From the human T2T-CHM13v2.0 reference genome, Homo sapiens: a stretch of 64,000 bases of DNA. The position numbers were made by a program, and so were the translations under genes. Shown here piece after piece: positions 1 through 21,629 of this stretch. The DNA lies in assembly GCF_009914755.1 (NCBI RefSeq), contig NC_060940.1; one strand, written 5' to 3'. Positions within the stretch are counted from its first letter, which is position 1. Every line of letters starts with the position of its first letter. A model generated the notes under the pieces. It did not search any database. It worked only from the letters and a program-made list of their open reading frames with translations, and had not been told where the DNA came from.

Positions 1-19
1 ATTTTATTTTTTTAATTGG

Positions 20-330
20 AAAGAGTCTATCCATTATGGTCATCATTTTTGATGCATAAATTGTCCCAAATTTGGTAACTGTGACCCCTTTCATGGTGGT
101 TTTTGTGTCCTTTTGGCCCATCCCCCTTAATTTTTTAGTACTTTCCTACCTTCTGGCACAAGATATTTCAGAATCATCTTATGCTTTCATTGGCTTCATC
201 TTGGAATTAGCCCTTGCTGTAAGAATTTCTGGTTCCTTTTAGTGAGGAATAATATTTAGGAACCAAGATCTGAGAAATAGACATGTTTTTTGTTAGTTGA
301 GTGTCACTGCTTCTATTCTGTTCTGTTTTA
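20..330 (-). mobile_element. Old L1 3'UTR fragment (L1MC-like)
   Basis: Resembles 10250-10550 and the reverse complement of 21900-22110 (cttctggcacaa, ggttccttttagt, aaccaagatctg). Confidence 0.65.
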
Positions 331-449
331 GTAGGTAATGCCAGGACTTTTTTTTTTTTTTTTTTTTTTTTTTGTAATCGTGAGTTCAGGCCATGATTTA
401 GTAGGCAGTGCTAGGATACATTTTTTTAAAAAATCATGAGTTGAGGCCA

Positions 450-2150
<1,701 letters not shown>

Positions 2151-2811
2151 GGTAACAAATAGAAATCCTAAATCTAATTTAAATTTCAATCTAACACCAT
2201 AGGTTTTTTTCCTTCTGCTTCTCCCAGTTCTTGTTTGTCTATCTTTTTGTCCTATAATGAAAAAGCTTGATTCCCAAAAACATCAACGTATTTATTCATT
2301 TGCTCAATTCTATAGTATATAAAATCATTTCAGAATTACACCACCAACAATATTACTACTGCTAACAAATCTATTAAGGTCAAGATTTATTTGCAGTTCT
2401 TTTTGTTCTTAGACTATATCTCATTGAGGGTATACAATCAAGACTGCATTCAAAAGCTGCTTTCTTTCATATTAGTTTTTTTTATATTTTTATATCTTTT
2501 GGATAGATTTTCTTGGAACCCAATTGGAAATAAGTCAGGTATGACCATTTAAAGAGACTAAAGAAGTGATTCAGTTTCTCATGTAAGGAAAATATTTTAG
2601 TTTGTGGGGAGATCAAGTCATTGCAGCCTAGACTGTTAACTATCTTCAACACATTTTCTAATATTGTAGCATTGTCCTATCAATTTATATTACATATAAG
2701 CCTCAGCTATGTTTACTGTCCAGTAATATTGCTCACTGGAAGATCAAGGCCACATGAAAGCCATTTTTCCAAATAGTTCACATATATCTATATTGCACTT
2801 AACAAACTTTT

Positions 2812-3121
<310 letters not shown>

Positions 3122-3179
3122 TTATTTTCTCATATTTATGTTCACTAGAAAACATACTAGAGGGAATGGAAAGAATACC

Positions 3180-3875
3180 TTTTTTGATACATAATACTTG
3201 TACATATTTATGGGAGTGGTGTAATATTTCGTTACACGTTGAGAATGTGCAGTTACCAAGTCTGGGTATTTAGGATATCCATCACCTTGAGCATTTATCA
3301 TTTCTATGTGTTGGGAACATTTCACATCCTCTCTTCTAACTATTTTGAAATATATAATACATTGTTGTTAACTAAGTCACCCTATTCTGCTGTTGAACTT
3401 TAGAACTTAATTCCTTCTGTCTACCTGTATGTTTACACCATTAACCAATCTCTCTTCATCCCCAGCACCCGCCCCACACTGCCACACCCTTCTCAGCCGC
3501 AGAACTATCATTCCGTTACTCTGTATCTCTATCTCCTTAAGATCAACTTTTTTACCTTCATGTGTGAGTGAGAACGTGCAGTATTTGTCTTTCATGCCTG
3601 ATTTATTTCACTTAACATAATGACCTCTAGTTCCATCCATATTGCTGCAAATAAAAGGATTTTATTCTTTTTTAATGGTTGAATAGTATTCTGTTGTGTG
3701 TTTGCCATGTGTGTGCGGGGGTGGGGGATGGGGGTGTTCACACACTACATTTTCTTTATCCATTCATCTGATGGACACTTAATTTGGATCCATATCTTTG
3801 CTATTGTGATTAGTGCTGCCTTAAACATGGCAGTGCAGGTATCCCTTTGATAGACTAGTTTCCTTTCCTTTGGTA
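3180..3875 (-). mobile_element. L1MA-like 3' end
   Basis: tacatatttatggg, tatccatcacc, atttcacttaacataatgacctc, tttatccattcatc. Confidence 0.8.
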
Positions 3876-3889
3876 CCTAATTTTATTAG

Positions 3890-4110
3890 TGGCTTCACAT
3901 GTGCCAGGCACTGCACTTGGTGCTTTTTGCATTGTCCCATTTAATCCTCCCAGCAGTTTTGCAAGATGGATAAGAATTATCTTTTATGTTTTACAAATAA
4001 GGGACTAATAGGAACTGAAGCTTTGAGAGATTTGGAAACCCAAAGTTACGTGGCTGGAAGTGGCAGACTGGGATTTGTCTGAACCCAGATCTTTATGACA
4101 CCAAAGCCGA
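3890..4110 (-). mobile_element. MIR
   Basis: tgtgccaggcactg...tttaatcctc...agtggcaga...gaacccagatct. Confidence 0.75.
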
Positions 4111-4589
4111 TGCTCAATTATGAGCATTTTTGCTTGCTTAAAGTAAAATAATTATCGAGGGTTAGGGTTGACTCTGCATGTAGAAGAAGGAAAAAAAAAG
4201 CTGAAGACAAAATTAAAAAAAAAAAAACTACCTGATATTTCTAATCGCATCTTCCTTTCTTTTCAGGTTTCAGATTTAAGATTTTAGCACTTTTTTCCAG
4301 GCCAAAAAGGGTCACATGGTTGCTGCTGTCTTGGCTCCTAGAAACAGTTTCCGTGATGAATCTTTTGTTCCAATGCTTAGTTTCCTATCAGATGGGGTTG
4401 TATCTAGTATTAGTAGGTTGTAAGTTTAGAGAATTCAGTTGCTTGATATATTGCTGCAAAGTTTAGTCCTCATGACCAGTTGAGGATAGAGCATGTGGTG
4501 CATGGATGATCTGAGATGTGACTTCTGATTTGTTCCTTTTTCATGTTTGCTGCCGTGGAGAATTGGAATAGGCTGTTAATTGATCTGTT

Positions 4590-4920
4590 CCTTTCTAGTC
4601 TGATGCTCCTCTGTGCCCCAGAGATGGCTGAGTGATCTTTCTGATGTATGTATTTAGGCATGCCACTCTTGTCTGCAGTTCTTCAGTGACACCAATTTGC
4701 CTTTAGGATAAAGACCAAACACCCTGCAGACTGTGTGTCCTGTGATGTCCTGGACTTTGCCTAGCCATGCGGCCGCCTTTGCCTTCTGTACCCTGTGCTC
4801 CAGCCCTGCTGCACTACTCACTCTTTGCCATACATTATTCTCTCTTGGGACTTGGTATTTTTGTACATGTTGTTCTCTTTGCCTTCTTGGACATGTTCTC
4901 ACTGTCCTCCCCTTTCCCCA
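4590..4920 (+). mobile_element. L2 fragment
   Basis: gagtgatctttct...gcctttaggataaag, similar to L2 at 32500-32620. Confidence 0.55.
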
Positions 4921-5760
4921 TCTCATCCCTACAACCTTGTTCATGTGACACCATCTTCCAACACTCCTGCTTTCTCCCTGTTCATCCAACTAGATGATTC
5001 AGAGTAAATAGTTCTTAGTTTGTCGTTCTGAGCCATAAAATGGTTAATAGCCTTTGCCTTCAGTGTTAAACTTGAATTTGTGATTACTGTTACATGTATC
5101 TTTTCAGTTCTGGTATACTTTGTTCTGTAAAATATTTAGCATTCCCTGTTTTTCAGATACTGCTTTGTAATTTAACCCTCTTTGGATGTTTTACTTGAAA
5201 CGACAAGAGGTATAGCATTTGTGCAGTGAGAGCCATATGTTTCTATTTCTCCTTCCCCATAGTTGAAAGTAAGAAGTAGGACATGATTATTTGAAAGAAG
5301 AAATTATAATACTCGCTTTCTATGCAAAATAGAGCAGCCACTTCCAAATGTGCATGTCAATCTTATTGTTTAGCAATTAAGAAGAATGGGATAACATATT
5401 ACTTTCTAATTACAGAAATTAAAGGATACCTTGTGTGTGGAGGAGGAAACTTTTTTGGTTTTGTGTGGGTTTTCTTTTCTTTTTTTTTTTTTTTTTTGCC
5501 AACATCTTATTTTGAAACAATTCAACCATAAAGAGAAGCTGAAAGAATTGTACAATACATATCCATATAATAAACACATAGATTCTATAATTAACCTTTT
5601 TTTATACTTCATTTATTACGTATGTATTCTTTTATCCACTTAACAGTCCATCAAAATTATTCATGCATTTCAAAAAAGAATGTCAACATCAGTACACTTT
5701 ACCTCTAAACAGTTCATAGTGAACATCCTTATGTGAAGTACAAAAGTGGTTTACATTTTT

Positions 5761-7453
<1,693 letters not shown>

Positions 7454-7479
7454 AGTGGTTTACATTTTTAAAGATAAAA

Positions 7480-7506
7480 TGTGTGTGTGTGTGTGTGTGT
7501 GTGTGT
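7480..7506. repeat. (TG)n microsatellite
   Basis: About 13 TG units. Confidence 0.95.
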
Positions 7507-7514
7507 ATGCTTAT

Positions 7515-8900
7515 CTATATATAACAAAATGCACAAATCTAAGGCACACTGTTGGATGAGTTTTGATATATGCATATGCCTAAGTGCCCGAAACATTTAC
7601 CAAGATACAGAGCATTGCTATCACCGCAGAAAGTTTCTTTCTGCTCTTTCGCAATCATTTTCTACCCTAGCCCCTCTGAGACAGCTACTGTTGTGGTTTT
7701 GTTCACCATTTATCTTTCTTTTTACAGTTTCAAGTTTCATATGAATGGAATCATGCAATGCATGCTCCTGTATAAGGCTTCTTGCATTCAGCATGTTTTT
7801 GAGATTCATTAATGTTGTATGTATCAATCCTTCTTTGTTGTTGCTTAGTAGTATTCCAGTGTATGAGTAGATCACAGTTTATTTATCCATTTTCCTTTTA
7901 GTGGACTCCTGGACACTTTCCAATCTGAGGCTAGTATTAATAAAGCTGCTATGAATAGTCTTGTACAGGTATTTATTTCTTTGGGTATGTATGTGGGAGA
8001 GGAGTTGCTGGGTGAATATTTAGTTTTCTAAGTCTGCATGCCCTTTTCAAAAGTGGCTGCATCATTTTATACTCCCATAAATGTATGAGAGTTCCAGTTG
8101 TGCCACATTCTCACCAATATTTGGCAAAGTTAGTCTTCTCCATTTTAACCATTTCTGTGGGTGTGTGTTGATATCTCATTGAAGTTTTGATTTGCATTTT
8201 CATGATATCTAATGATATTGAGCACTTTTTAATGTGCTTATGAGCTATTTATGTGAAAGATTTTTTCCAAATCTTTTGCTCATTTTTTCCAACTTTATAT
8301 TATAGTAATTTTTAAATATATAGGAAGTTAAAGAAGTGTTACAGTGAGCTCTCATGTATACCCCACTTGGATTCTGCCATTAATATTTTAACATGCTTTG
8401 TTTTATCTCGTGTACTCTTACCTATCCCCCTCCGACCATCAGTCATTTTTTGACATATTTCAGATATCTGTACACATCTCTCTAAAGACTTCAGCAAATG
8501 TATCAACTTCAGTGTTTGCTTAAAATGTCCTTATTTGAGTAGGAACAAATTATCCATGCTTCTCCTTCTTATGTTCTTTCCCCCTAATCCATTCTCTGCT
8601 TTTCCTGCCTGTTTGTATTCTGAGATTATTGTCAGTCCCACTCAGGTCCGATTCTGAATATTTCATAAAACATAATAGCATGAAAACACCTTTTTTTAAC
8701 TTTGCCCATTTTTTAACCTCGTTTTTGTCTTTTAATTATGAAATTTTGGAGTTTTTTATATACCCTTGATTCTAATCATTTGTCAAATACATGTTTTACA
8801 AATATATTCTCCTGGTCTGTGGCTTCCGTATTCATTTTCTTGAATTATCTCTCTATGAGCAAAAACTTTAGTTTTAAATAAGTCTAATTTATCATTTTTA
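7515..8900 (-). mobile_element. Old L1 (L1ME/L1MC-like) fragments
   Basis: aatggaatcatgca, tttgagattcat, gagagttccagttg, ttttgatttgcattt motifs; probably more than one element. Confidence 0.7.
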
Positions 8901-9004
8901 AGATCAGTTTTTAGAATTATAATACCTTAAAATTTGTTTAAATGAATTACACACAGGCAGTTACTATGAAGAGACAGTTTGAGTTACCAGTTAAAGAAAT
9001 TGTA

Positions 9005-9140
9005 AGCCATGCATGGTGGTGCATGCCTGTAATTGTAGCTACTTGAGAGGCTAGGGCAAGAAGCTTGCATGAGTCAAGGGGTTTGAGACCAGCCTGGGAA
9101 ATATAGCGAGACTCCATCTCAATAAAAATAAATAAACAAA
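9005..9140 (+). mobile_element. Alu monomer (FLAM-like)
   Basis: Single arm ending gagactccatctc + A-rich tail; ttaaagaaatt on both flanks. Confidence 0.8.
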
Positions 9141-9399
9141 AATTTTTAATTAAAGAAATTTTAACATACAAAATTGTCATTTTAGGGGTTGGCCTTTTTT
9201 CATCATAGATATAACACATGTTCATTATAGACCATTTATAAAATTCAGAGTGACAAAAGGCAAGGAATTTCAATAAGCTATAAGCCCTACCACTAGATAA
9301 CCACTGTAACATTTTCAAGTATTTTGTCATGATTTTTTCTTTTAATTGGAGACTGTACTGATCATGTTTTTATGGCTTCCTTTTCTCCTGTCACCCTTA

Positions 9400-9694
<295 letters not shown>

Positions 9695-10229
9695 CTTCTG
9701 AAATAAAATTACTTTTTACTTCTTTGGCTCATTGTAAGCACTCAATAGTTATTTTTTGATTTTGAAGCCTAATTTCAATGGCTATACAATATCATTATAA
9801 ATGTGCCATAACTTAAATCACTCCCTGATTAACGTTTAGATCATGCCTAGAATTTACTGCTATAGTTAATGCTGGTGTGAATACCATTGCATATAAACCA
9901 TTATACATATATATCAGAGTATATATCATGTGTATATATTCCAGAATATTCATTTAGAATAGTCATAGGTATTATAGGGTCAGAGAGTTTAGACCTGTTT
10001 CTGGATTCTGGAATACATTTCCATTTGCATTCTAGAAATATATTATTTATACTTTATTGACGGTGTTTGAAAGTATTTTACAGTATTCTGATCTCCTTGA
10101 AAAATGTTGTTATTAAATGTGGGTAATTGCTAAGTGGTAATAATTCCATCTTTCCTTACATTTGTTAACAGATGACTTTCTACTTTTAAAAAAAGTTTTT
10201 GTTCTTCCTCCTTTTATTAACTTATATGA

Positions 10230-14063
<3,834 letters not shown>

Positions 14064-14414
14064 TTAACCAAAATGGTATAGGCTTGTCAGTCACAGCTCA
14101 TTGCGTTACACCATCAGTGTGCACTGTAGAAATCATTCTTCAGTTATTACAGGTGGGATTTATTTGAATGGATGAATAGGTTTTGTTGTTTTGGTTTTCT
14201 TTATTTCTTTTTTAAGATCCTTTTGAGCAGTTCTGCTGCTCAATCATTTTCATGGTTTAGATGCCCAGGTAAATAAAATTAGATGCCTAATTAGAAATTA
14301 GGTAAATTTCTCTTGCATTAAAGTTTTGTAATAGTAAAGACTGTTTCAGGGTTATTGTGTTACATAAAGGAATTTCTCTGTTCCCACGAGTAACCTTGTG
14401 GGTTTAAAAAAAAA

Positions 14415-14815
14415 CATATTTATTGAACTATAATTGACATACAATTAACCACACATATTTAAAGGATTCAAGTTGAAGAATTTTGGCATATGTATGCAAC
14501 TGTGAAACCATCACCACAATCAAGACAACAAACATTTTCAACACCCTTAGAAATTTCCTCACGCCTGTTTATAATCCATTCCTCTTTCCATCTCAGTCTC
14601 TAGGCAACTACTCATGTATAAATGGAATCATACATGGTATGTGTTCTTTTTGTCTGCTTCATTCAGCATAATTTTGAGATTCATCCATGTTGTTTATGTA
14701 ATTCATTTTTATTTCTGAGTAGCATTCTCCTATATGCATTTACTCATTTATTCATTCATTATGGGCAGATGATTGCAGTTTTTGGCTATTACAAATAAGA
14801 CTGCCAATACATTTA
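14415..14815 (-). mobile_element. L1MB/ME-like 3' end
   Basis: tataattgacataca, gtgaaaccatcaccacaatcaaga, gagattcatccatgttg. Confidence 0.75.
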
Positions 14816-14834
14816 TATTGAAGAAACCACTGTT

Positions 14835-15375
14835 CCTTTAAAAACTAAGCATACACTTTCTACATGGCCAAGTCTTTACACAAAAGAAATGAGTATAAAT
14901 ATCTACACAAAGATTAATAGACAAATGTTCATAACAGACTTATTCATAGTAGCTCAAAGTTGAAAACTACCCAGATGTTCATCAAACAGATGAATGGATA
15001 AACAAAATATGGTATATCCATACAGCGGATTACTCAGTAATAGAAAGGAACCAACCACCGATGAGGTGCAACAATGTGCATGAATCTCAGAGTCACTATG
15101 CTAAGGGAAAGAATTTAGACTCAAAAGACCACATACTGTATGATTCCATTCACTTGAAATTCTAGAAAAGATAAACTAATTGATGGTGATAGAAAGCAGA
15201 TCAGTGATTATCTGGAAACTGCAAAGGGGCAGGATAAATCTTTTAGGAATGATGAAATTATCCTATATCTTAAATGTGACTGTGGTTTCATAGGTGCATG
15301 CCTCATCAAAACTCACTATATACTTTAAATGGATGCACCTTATCATCTTTAAATTATATCTCAGCAAAATTGATT
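14835..15375 (+). mobile_element. L1ME-like 3' end
   Basis: gatgaatggataaacaaaatatggtatatccatac, tactgtatgattccatt, aaagcagatcagtg. Confidence 0.75.
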
Positions 15376-15919
15376 TTGAGGTGTCTTTTAGATACAACCA
15401 AAAATATATAACAAGTAGTTTTTGTTGTCAGTTGATTGATTATAAGGAAGATGCTTATCAACTAGCCTGGACTGCTAAATACAAGAATTTATTTAATTAA
15501 AGAGAAGCTTGACCATGTAAAAATTGCTGAAACACTGGAATAGATCTTATAGGAATAAGATAAATGAGATACAGTTCCAGCTCGCAAAGATTATAAAATT
15601 TACGAAGATGGGGTAAGGGGTTTCGGAAATATGAAAAGTATACAGACAAGTGTTGATGTTGAGAGAAAGTATAAAAGGTTAGACACATCCAGCCTTTCTC
15701 AGCCCAGAGAATTAAACCCTACAAATGTGATTTCTGTGACTGTTTTCTCAGTTCTCCCAAGAATGACATAGCAAATACCATTTTAGATTCTTAGGAGAGA
15801 AGTGAATTTATTATATACAGTGAATGCCTTTGAGTATTAGGGCTTAATTTCCTCACAGAACCCATTGAACAAAGCTAGACTGAAATCATACTAAGTTAAA
15901 AAATCTGCTGTTCTGCTTC

Positions 15920-16120
15920 TTAAAAGCTGTGTAGCTGGACAAGTGACTTAACCTCTCATTGCCTCACTGTAAAATGGAGATAGTAGTAGAGAGAGCTATT
16001 GAGTGGAATAAACTGAGTTAATACATGTAAAACACTTAACACCATGCATAAATACAGTGCTGTAAAATGTGAGTGGCATATAAACAGTAACAACTAGCAT
16101 CATCATCATCTTCATTATTG
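15920..16120 (+). mobile_element. MIR
   Basis: caagtgacttaacctctc...ctgtaaaatgg...gagttaatacatgtaaa core. Confidence 0.8.
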
Positions 16121-16129
16121 TCATCACAT

Positions 16130-16620
16130 GGTGTGCTGAGTCCTTTGATGACAGGTATCATGAGTGTTCAGAGTGTGCAGAGGAACAGACCTGACTTTCA
16201 GGGGTGGAGAGAGACATCTGGAAGGCTTCTGAAAGAGACTGATACTGGAACTAGTTCTTGAAGATTGTTTAAGTACAGTTTCCGTGGGCAGAGATAGGGA
16301 ATAGGGAAATCCAGGAAGAAAAAACTTGTACAAAAACAAGGACAACACAGAGTGTATTAGTGAATACCAAGTAGTTCGAATTAGCTGAAGCATAGGGAAC
16401 ATGTAGGGAGTTAATAACGCTGGTCAGGAAGGTGGGAGACAAAGCACTGATGGCTTTGAATGCCAGGCTAACAAAGGTGGACTGACTTAAGGAGATAGAG
16501 GAGAGGCATGGAAGAGGTTTGGTCAGTTGAGTGGCATTTGTTTATTCATAGAGGCAGCATTAATTAAGCAGGCATAGTATCCAAGGCATTGGGACTGCAG
16601 AGATGAATAAAATAGCATGG
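16130..16620 (-). mobile_element. L2 fragments
   Basis: ggaaggcttct, gctttgaatgccaggctaa, tttgtttattca...gatgaataa. Confidence 0.55.
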
Positions 16621-16837
16621 CATGGTTTTTAAGTGCATTGTCCAGAGCTGGACCAACCTGAGGTCTAGGCTAACCCATTACTCCCTGTTGAGTGTTTTGG
16701 GTTTTGTTTGTTTGTTTTTTAATCTTTGTTTTTTCACCTAGCAAAAGTGTGTCTTAAACTTAGATGATTTAGTCTTAAGTATAGCATATAATCTTAAAAT
16801 CAAGGATATCTGAACTCCAGAAAGAAAACTCATTTAG

Positions 16838-17117
<280 letters not shown>

Positions 17118-17162
17118 TTAGAAACTATTATTTAGAAAGCGAGAAGTACATGAACCAGAGGT

Positions 17163-17165
<3 letters not shown>

Positions 17166-17202
<37 letters not shown>
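17166..17202. repeat. (GT)n microsatellite
   Basis: About 18 GT units. Confidence 0.95.
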
Positions 17203-17203
<1 letters not shown>

Positions 17204-17952
17204 ACGCATTGGTGGGTGTTTAGAGTTAATAATTGATGCCAGTACACAGTTTGAAATTATTAGGAGAGATGGTGCAGAAATGGAAAGTCCAAATCTTAGG
17301 AGATTAGAAAAGAGGAGTGTGAGGGAAAATGAAAATATCTTGGTATGCACAAAGGATCCTAGTGGAGAGGTGTAATACACTGATCACAGTTTTGTAAGTA
17401 GGCAGGAGGGATTACAGACCTAAACAAATTGTCTGGATTCCCTATGGCAAGAAAAAAATTTACTTCTTCCTCAAAGATGGAAGGATGGGAGTGGGAAGGT
17501 TCTGTAGCATTTATGTCTGAAGATCTCAATATTGGTAGCGAATCTAGGGGCCCAAGTTACTTGCTGAGAAAGCTATGAGGATAGTAGGGTAGTGTAATCT
17601 TGAGGAAAATGAAAATGCTTTGTGGAACAGAGGTGCAGGAGATTCAAAGTCAGTAAGAGATGAAGGAAACATTTTAGAGTTTATATGAGGGCATGGCATG
17701 ACTTCATACTGGATTTGGTAGTCATCTTGGCTCCTTAACTTCTCAAGCTTTGCTTTTGTTATTCTCTACCTTTGCCGTAACTCCCAAGATAGTAAAATAG
17801 GACACTCAGTCAGATTAGGTAAACAAAGGCAAATGCTTAATTCCCACTTTAAGAGAGCGTTGTGTAAGCCAAGAAGTAGGATCTCCTCTCTCCATTTGAG
17901 TTATATGGTGGACTAGTGTTTCACAAACTTGAGTAATATACAGACCTTTTAA

Positions 17953-18315
<363 letters not shown>

Positions 18316-21300
18316 TAATTTTTGTTAATATGACATTGTTGGATTATGTACAATTATAAATGAAGTGTAAACTCCTTGTACTTAGTAGCACTTATATGAC
18401 AAAACTGAAACACTTTGCATATTAATTATAGAAATCCACAATGCTAATGAAATTAAAATAAATATTAACTTACTGTGACATGATGCATTTTTACATAAAT
18501 GTGATTGCTGCTTGACACCTGACAGTGGTCCTCACTGCTCTAGCACTGGTTTATGCCATCATGACTCATAGATCCCATTCCTTTTCTCTGTTGAAACTAT
18601 TACAGTCTGGCTATCATTTTGCCTTCTCTAGGCTTAAACATATTCTCACAGTGTCTGGCTTTGTTACTGTGTGGCAACACTTTATAAAATACTCATCCAG
18701 GTGATCAAGGAGATTTTTTTTTCCAGGTTAACAAAATGAAAACAAATTGCATACATTTCCGTAAGGAGTTCATGAACACCCAAGAATACATCTTCGGACT
18801 CGGGAAATTTATGTCCTAGTGCTTGTTCTACCAAATCCTGAGACTCTGTGATTGACTGCTTGACTAAAATTAGTCATTTGTGGGCAGGGGATAAGCAAGG
18901 GGCAATGGCAGAATATCAAGACATTGAAATTCTTTAGTGGTTGAAATAGTTTATCCTAGACTTAACGATAACTAAGGAAGAGAATGCAGGTAAGGCATGA
19001 ACTAGTAGTCTGGGGAGTGGTCAGAGGACTAGACTGAAGTCGATGAATAGAAAGCAGTGCTAGTCAGCGTGGTCCATATGCTGTACCATCCTACAGGCTT
19101 TTCCTTACCATTCTCCTGTGAGGTAACTTGAGAAATCAGGAGTGTTTAGAAACTTTAACGGCAGCACGACACCGGTGAGACGCTCAAGTGCATGATTAGT
19201 GGACTCCTCTTGTTGAACAGAGTGCAGATTAGTCTGGTTATTGCCAAACTAATGTGACCCTACTAGCAGTGCATGGTGGGACCACATATTGGTCTACAGC
19301 GATTGGAAGTTTTAAAATATTTCTCTTAACCACAGATAATTACAGAAGCACCGGTATAAAGAACATTCTAATAAGAGTAAAAGAATGGAAAAGAGGAGAA
19401 AGTGGCAGTCAGAAATAGTTAAAAGCTCTAGACCATATTCCTTAAGAGACAGAGATTGTGTCACACACACACCTAACATGTCCCCAGTGCATAGAATGAT
19501 CTTAGTAAATGCACATTGGCCTTCAGTGAGTTACATTAATGATGTCTAGACATATTTGTATCAATAAGGTGATGAAATGACATTAAAAGTCTTTCAAATA
19601 TCCATAGCTAGGGAAGTTATCTCAGAATTTGAGGAAGACTGATCATATCATCTGAGGAAAGTTCTTTGTTGTAAATCTTGTAGTCAGTTGTATTTATATA
19701 AGTAACTATAAAGCTTAGAAATGGAGACAGGACTTGAATGACTTTTTCTAAGTTGATGAAAGTGTGTTCTGTCATTTCTTGATTACTCATGCTAATGATT
19801 GGAGCAGGAAGAGACAAATGGCCCCAGTCTCTTACACAAGTGTAGTCAGAACACTTGTGTTGCAGGCTGCCGCTGTCATGTGAATGGCTGCCTGAGGAGG
19901 AGCCACGCAAGCTGTCCTCTGCCTGTGCTGCCATTCCCTTGTCCCACACAGCACTCTCCCTCAGTCCGAGCACAGGCCTGTCATGGGACCATGCATGGGG
20001 AAATTCCAACCCTGAAAAGCCTTCTTTGCCTTTCATGTCCTCAGAGAGGGTGAAGCAAACCTGGAGGGGAGGGAGGTGCTGAATGTGCTGGTGTGCCGGT
20101 CTGTTCCAGGGTGGGGGACAACAAGCACAGATGACAAACCAGTGATCAGACTGTTTGGCCCTGTTGTGGTGTTCAATTCTGCTGCAGTGCTTAACTGTGA
20201 AACATGGATGATTTCCTTCAAAATCTTATTACCCTAGAAAGGTCAGAAAAATGTATCCTTCCTTATGAAACAGCGGTTTTCATAGGGGCTAATTTGTTAA
20301 TCTGTTTACATCTGAAGTACTGTATGTTCAGTATATATTTTTAAAGTGATAAAGTGAAGGACTTTTTCAATATATATTTTAAAAGTGATAACCATAAAGA
20401 ACTTTAAAGACATGCTATCTGATTTAAGAGATAGCACTCTTTAAGTGTTCTTTGTTTAAATAAAAAAAAATTTTTTTTTAATTAACCGTTGGGATTTACC
20501 ATAACCATTTAGTAACAGTCTAAAGGTATAGTATTTTACGGTGGTGTTTATAATGTTAAAAGCGAGAAAAATATGGATCAAATATGTATTTTACTAAAAA
20601 TATGGTAGCATTAGGAAAAAAATTTACGTGTACCCTAGACTGAAATTTTCCTTCCTAAATACATCCAATCTCATTATCTGTGTAGATTTTGTAATACTCT
20701 GACTCAGCCTGTGTGAAGGAAGTTGCAAAGCTTACTATTATTCACTTGAGTGAATAGCTACTGAGGATCTATTAGCAAGTACTGAGACATAGAAGATGAA
20801 GAGAAAAGGTCATCTTTACTCAATCTTTATGTCAAGAATGCTACCAGAAAAGTATGCCTCAATATTTACCCATCTCTTTGCATTTGTTACTAATTATTTT
20901 ATTCATTACTCTTGAATGTTTTTACATTGTGAAACATTGCCCAGTTGGAAATATTACGAGGTTTTTTTCATAGTGAAGTATAGTATCATCACAGCAATAT
21001 TCTTTTTATCAGTAGTTTTATAAGCATATATTAACTCTGCCAAGTTTTTGTGTAAGTCCCTTGAGCTGCATTTGTTTGTATTCTGATTCCCTGAAGACTT
21101 TCTTGGATTGTTCCTAGTCTCTAAGCCATACAGTTTTTCTCACACTTATTAAATATCTGCCTGGGGTGGTGGGAAAATGGACTTGATTTATGGTCATCTC
21201 TTTCATACTAAAAGAGCTCTTTTCAGTGTGCATACACACAAACACCATGGAAGCAGATTTATCATAGCAGAAGTGACTTTCATCACATATTATTTGAAGT

Positions 21301-21629
21301 TAAATGTTACTCGTGACATTAGAGCCAAATGACAGTGAAGATGATGTACCACATATAGTAGAGGAACAAGGGCAAACCTACTGGAAAGCAATTCAGGTGA
21401 CAGTGGTGGGGGTTTCTCCTACTGAGGGATACTGCAGGTCTCCTCCATCTCTCCCTAATTCATTCCAAAAGGCATTGTGTGGAGCTGAGCTAGGCAGCTG
21501 CCCCGTGGGAGAGGGGGAGGCAGGCCAGTGTAGAGTGAAGAGGCTTCTGCACAGTTTTAGCCACAGCAGTGGCAGTGGTGATGTATACAGGGTGTCCATG
21601 AGTGGAGTGGCAGAAGCTATGGGAGACAG

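Noticed and set aside
66-75. Perfect CArG box CCAAATTTGG, tempting as SRF/MRTF autoregulation
   Set aside because: Lies in an old L1 3'UTR and is expected by chance; by eye I found no perfect CArG near the alternative exon, only near-misses such as 29115 and 54338.
14415-15375. Adjacent oppositely oriented L1 3' ends as a hairpin or twin-priming inversion
   Set aside because: Both pieces contain 3' ends and are highly diverged; two independent old insertions is simpler.
19617-20082. 139-aa antisense ORF and overlapping sense ORFs
   Set aside because: Local GC richness explains the lack of stops; no homology recognised. Could be regulatory but I have no specific evidence.
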